Source of the DNA: an uncultured archaeon
GTDB taxonomy: Archaea; Asgardarchaeota; Thorarchaeia; Thorarchaeales; Thorarchaeaceae
NCBI GenBank assembly: GCA_964354495.1
Contig: CAYHAA010000002.1
Coordinates: 60,001 to 92,000, forward strand
Direction of reading: 5' to 3'
Length of the DNA stretch: 32,000 bases
Positions 29,042 to 32,000 of the stretch are shown piece after piece; position 1 is the first letter of the stretch, and each line of letters starts with the position of its first letter. A program made the position numbers and the translations under genes. Under the pieces are notes generated by a model. It had not been told where the DNA came from, did no database searches, and was given only the letters and a program-made list of their open reading frames with translations.

Positions 29042-29213
29042 GGTGTCAGGGCAGGCCAAAGAAGAACCTCTAATTGCCTGCCCCTAGTCAGGTTTCTAAT
29101 CGCGCTTTGTGGGTCCTATCAGGGTGATAAAATCACGAAGTCCTGAAACGATATAGATCAACAGTAGTTCCAGTTTCCTGGTGTAGTTCGGAACCAATAC
29201 CTGACCTGACGCC
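29042..29213 (-). ncRNA. Candidate ~172-nt structured RNA (leader or independent sRNA), family not recognised
   Basis: Nested helices 29042-48/29207-13, 29049-56/29076-83, 29087-93/29199-205, 29119-23/29142-46, 29124-28/29132-36, 29167-71/29190-94. TATA box at canonical distance upstream on the minus strand. Confidence 0.5.
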
Positions 29214-29232
29214 ATACTCACCCCCGTATCTG

Positions 29233-29240
29233 ATATTAAA
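29233..29240 (-). promoter_or_regulatory. TATA box (TTTAATAT) positioned to start transcription near 29213
   Basis: The first T of the box is 27 nt upstream of the first base of the structured element. Confidence 0.5.
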
Positions 29241-29335
29241 TCGACTTGTAGTTCTTGATACACATTGAATTCTGAGATGATCGGACCATTCCTAGAACCA
29301 AGCTCAATATAAGGAACAGATGTCGATGAACGGCT

Positions 29336-30547
29336 ATGAAAGAGATAGTTGTTATATCAGCATGCCGGAGCCCTATTGGCACCTTTGGAGGTTCACTGAA
29401 AGAGCTTCAAGCGCCAGAACTGGCTGCGCAGGTTATCAGGGCGGCGGTGAAGCGAGCTGGCATAGAGCCATCAAGCATTGGCGACGTAAGGCTTGGCAAT
29501 TGCTTTGAACCACCAAAAGCACTCAATATTGCTAGAATCTCAGCGCTCTTGGCTGGAATCCCCTATACAGTTCCAGCAGTCACAATCAATCGAGTATGCA
29601 CATCTGCAATGGAAGCCATTGTCAGTGGAGCGATGCAAATTCAGACAGGGTTTTCTGACATTGTTCTTGCTGGAGGTGTTGAATCAATGTCTAATGTTCC
29701 ATACTGTGTCGAGAATGCGAGGTGGGGAGTGCGGCTCTTCGATGGCGTCTTCATGGATGCACTTACAACAGGGCTCCATGCCGGGAGTCATTTCTATCCT
29801 CACCCCGAAACAGGCAAGCAGTACATCATGGGTGAAACGGCTGAGTTTCTGAATGCAAAGTATGGATTTACACGGGAGGAGCAAGACGTTGTTGCACTAA
29901 AGTCCCATAACAACGCGGAACGTGCAACAAGAGAGGGCGATTTCAAAGAAGAAATAGTCCCCATTGAGACCAAGGGAAAGAAAGGTACGACACTTGTCGA
30001 GAGAGATGAGCACTTCAGGCCGAATCTAACTATGGAAGGTCTGGCACAACTACGGCCCGCCTTCAAAAGCGACGGTACGGTCACTGCAGGCAACTCCAGT
30101 GGAATCAATGATGGAGCAGCCGCGATGGTCATTATGTCAAAGAAAAAAGCAGGTGAGCTAGGACTCAAGCCATTGGCGAAGTTGACGGGATACGGGATGG
30201 GTTGCAGTGAACCACATCTCATGGGAGAGTCACCAATTGCAGCCGTCCAGGATCTCATCAGGAGAACAGGACAGGGATTCTCTGATTGGGACCTCGTGGA
30301 ACTGAACGAAGCTTTTGCAAGTCAGTTTCTTGCTGTCGAGAAGGGTCTCAAACCTCTGGGCTTTGACAGGGATAGGGTCAATGTGAATGGATCCGGAATT
30401 GGATTGGGTCACCCAGTAGGATGCGCGGGAGCACGGATTGTCATTACGCTCATACATGCCCTGAGAAGAAGAGGGCTCACCAAGGGCATGGCTACTCTCT
30501 GCGGCGGCGGAGGTGTCAGTATGGCAACTTCTTGGGAAATCGTTTAG
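29336..30547 (+). CDS. Acetyl-CoA C-acyltransferase (thiolase)
   Basis: INRVCTSAM (Cys), GNSSGINDGAA, NEAFA, GHPVG (His), TLCGGGG (Cys). Confidence 0.95.
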   Translation: MKEIVVISACRSPIGTFGGSLKELQAPELAAQVIRAAVKRAGIEPSSIGDVRLGNCFEPPKALNIARISALLAGIPYTVPAVTINRVCTSAMEAIVSGAMQIQTGFSDIVLAGGVESMSNVPYCVENARWGVRLFDGVFMDALTTGLHAGSHFYPHPETGKQYIMGETAEFLNAKYGFTREEQDVVALKSHNNAERATREGDFKEEIVPIETKGKKGTTLVERDEHFRPNLTMEGLAQLRPAFKSDGTVTAGNSSGINDGAAAMVIMSKKKAGELGLKPLAKLTGYGMGCSEPHLMGESPIAAVQDLIRRTGQGFSDWDLVELNEAFASQFLAVEKGLKPLGFDRDRVNVNGSGIGLGHPVGCAGARIVITLIHALRRRGLTKGMATLCGGGGVSMATSWEIV

Positions 30548-30605
30548 CCAATACGTTTTGAGTCGCTACTTCGAAATACACAGCACGTGAAACTCCAGCA
30601 GTACC

Positions 30606-30612
30606 TTTATTA
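30606..30612 (+). promoter_or_regulatory. TATA-like box for the E3-like gene (probably leaderless transcript)
   Basis: TTTATTA 24-30 nt upstream of ATG 30636, with no SD. Confidence 0.45.
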
Positions 30613-30635
30613 CGTAGTTCACTATTGTTAATAAT

Positions 30636-32000
30636 ATGGAAAGATATGACCTGATCGTCATTGGCTCGGGAGCTGGAATGAACGTCGCCTCTGCGGCTTA
30701 TGAAAAAGGCTTACGCGTTGCAATAGTTGAGAATGGGCCGATGGGAGGAACCTGTCTTAATCGAGGATGCATACCTACAAAGATCCTCACGTATGTTACA
30801 GATGTCATTACGGAGGCGAAGCACCTCGAGTCACTTGGCGTCAAGCTTCAGGTTGAAAATATTGATTATTCCTGGATCATGAAACGGATGAGAGAAGAGG
30901 TCGACACTTCCAGCCATCAGCAGGGACAATCTGTTGACGAAGCAGAGGGAATTGATTGGTACAAAGGCATAGGGCAATTCACAGACGACTACACGATGGA
31001 AATCAATGGTAAGAGAATAAGGTCCCCCAATATCGTCATTGCTGCCGGTGCGAGACCGGACATTCCTAAAATCAAAGGTCTCGACGAGGTGGAGTACCTC
31101 GTGGAAGATGATGCACTTCATCTCATGGAAAAGCCAAAGTCCATGATTATCATCGGTGGAGGGTACATAGCTGCTGAATTCGGGCACTTCTTTTCCGCCG
31201 TTGGAGTAGCTGTAACAATCATAGGCAGAAATTCCCACCTGGTCAGGAATGAAGATAATGATGTATCTGAGGTCCTGCGAGAAGAGCTCTCAAAGAGGAT
31301 GAACATCCTTGTGAATCACGAGGTCATAGAAGTCAAGCAAGATGGACAACAAAAGATGGCCTGGGCACGCGATTGTGACACCGGCGAGGTCAAAGAGTTT
31401 AGGGGAGGGGCACTCCTAATTGCTGCAGGCAGACGCTCCAATGCAGACGTGTTCAAACCGGAGAAAACAGGAGTGAAGGTGGACGAGCAGGAGTGGGTCA
31501 TTGTTGATGACTATTTCAGGACAAGCAAGAAGGGAATCTGGGCGTTTGGGGACGCCATCGGACGCTATCAGTTCCGACACGTCGCAAATGCCGAGTCAGA
31601 CATTGTATGGTCCAATCTGTCAGAAGTCATGAGCAATGGCAAAGACGCCGAACTTCTTACAATGGACTATCATGCTGTTCCGAGAGCTGTGTTCTCATAT
31701 CCTCCAATTGCGACCGTGGGCATGACACTAAGAGAGGCAAAAGAGTCGGGGCATCAATTATTGGTTGGACAGGGGGACTACTCTATAGCAGCAAAGGGAT
31801 TCGCCATGGGGAATCCACCAAGTCTGGTCAGGGTCATTGTGGATGCTGAGAGTAGGAGAATCCTTGGAGCAAGCATCGTCGGGCCTGATGCGCCAGTGTT
31901 GATCCAAGAGATTGCGAACCTCATGTACACTCAAGATGGCAGCTTCTACCCAATGCTTCAGGCAATGCATATTCACCCGTCACTCAGTGAGGTCGTTCAG
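30636..32000 (+). CDS. Dihydrolipoamide dehydrogenase-family flavoprotein disulfide reductase (3' end beyond the window; not in ORF track)
   Basis: Manual translation MERYDLIVIGSGAG...GGTCLNRGCIPTK (redox CxxxxC)...IIGGGYIAAE...AFGD...HIHPSLSEVVQ. Confidence 0.92.
   Translation, partial: MERYDLIVIGSGAGMNVASAAYEKGLRVAIVENGPMGGTCLNRGCIPTKILTYVTDVITEAKHLESLGVKLQVENIDYSWIMKRMREEVDTSSHQQGQSVDEAEGIDWYKGIGQFTDDYTMEINGKRIRSPNIVIAAGARPDIPKIKGLDEVEYLVEDDALHLMEKPKSMIIIGGGYIAAEFGHFFSAVGVAVTIIGRNSHLVRNEDNDVSEVLREELSKRMNILVNHEVIEVKQDGQQKMAWARDCDTGEVKEFRGGALLIAAGRRSNADVFKPEKTGVKVDEQEWVIVDDYFRTSKKGIWAFGDAIGRYQFRHVANAESDIVWSNLSEVMSNGKDAELLTMDYHAVPRAVFSYPPIATVGMTLREAKESGHQLLVGQGDYSIAAKGFAMGNPPSLVRVIVDAESRRILGASIVGPDAPVLIQEIANLMYTQDGSFYPMLQAMHIHPSLSEVVQ

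Noticed and set aside
29042-29200. FMN riboswitch, hammerhead or 5S similarity (TCAGGGCAGG, CUGAUAG...GAAAC, CCGAAC)
   Set aside because: Only short isolated words match; the other conserved elements and spacing are absent.
28990-29213. T-box riboswitch upstream of thrS (GAA-ACC resembles a Thr specifier; UGGC downstream)
   Set aside because: No GGUGGNACC antiterminator or terminator, and the stem I spacing is wrong.
1-32000. CRISPR arrays, transposases, integrases, rRNA/tRNA genes, inteins
   Set aside because: No spaced repeats or diagnostic motifs were found, and the enzyme lengths are normal for their families.

Overview
Archaeal chromosomal DNA. The archaeal-type ThrRS, LRR protein, longin-like receptor tail and giant Ig-like surface proteins point to an Asgard archaeon, most likely Thorarchaeia (inference). 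The left part holds a giant (>=2513 aa, truncated) secreted surface protein that the ORF track missed, plus a shorter paralog. The two share a core scaffold but carry different inserted modules (an NHL beta-propeller versus a LamG/ConA domain), and the shorter one ends in TM + longin-like cytoplasmic domain. The rest is metabolism: ADP-forming acyl-CoA synthetase alpha, a PLP enzyme, PPDK, threonine dehydrogenase, threonine dehydratase, a saccharopine/lysine dehydrogenase, ThrRS, thiolase and an E3-like flavoprotein. No rRNA, tRNA, CRISPR or transposase was seen. The best non-coding candidate is a ~172-nt multi-helix element with its own TATA box directly upstream of thrS. All folds and alignments were done by eye, not computed.
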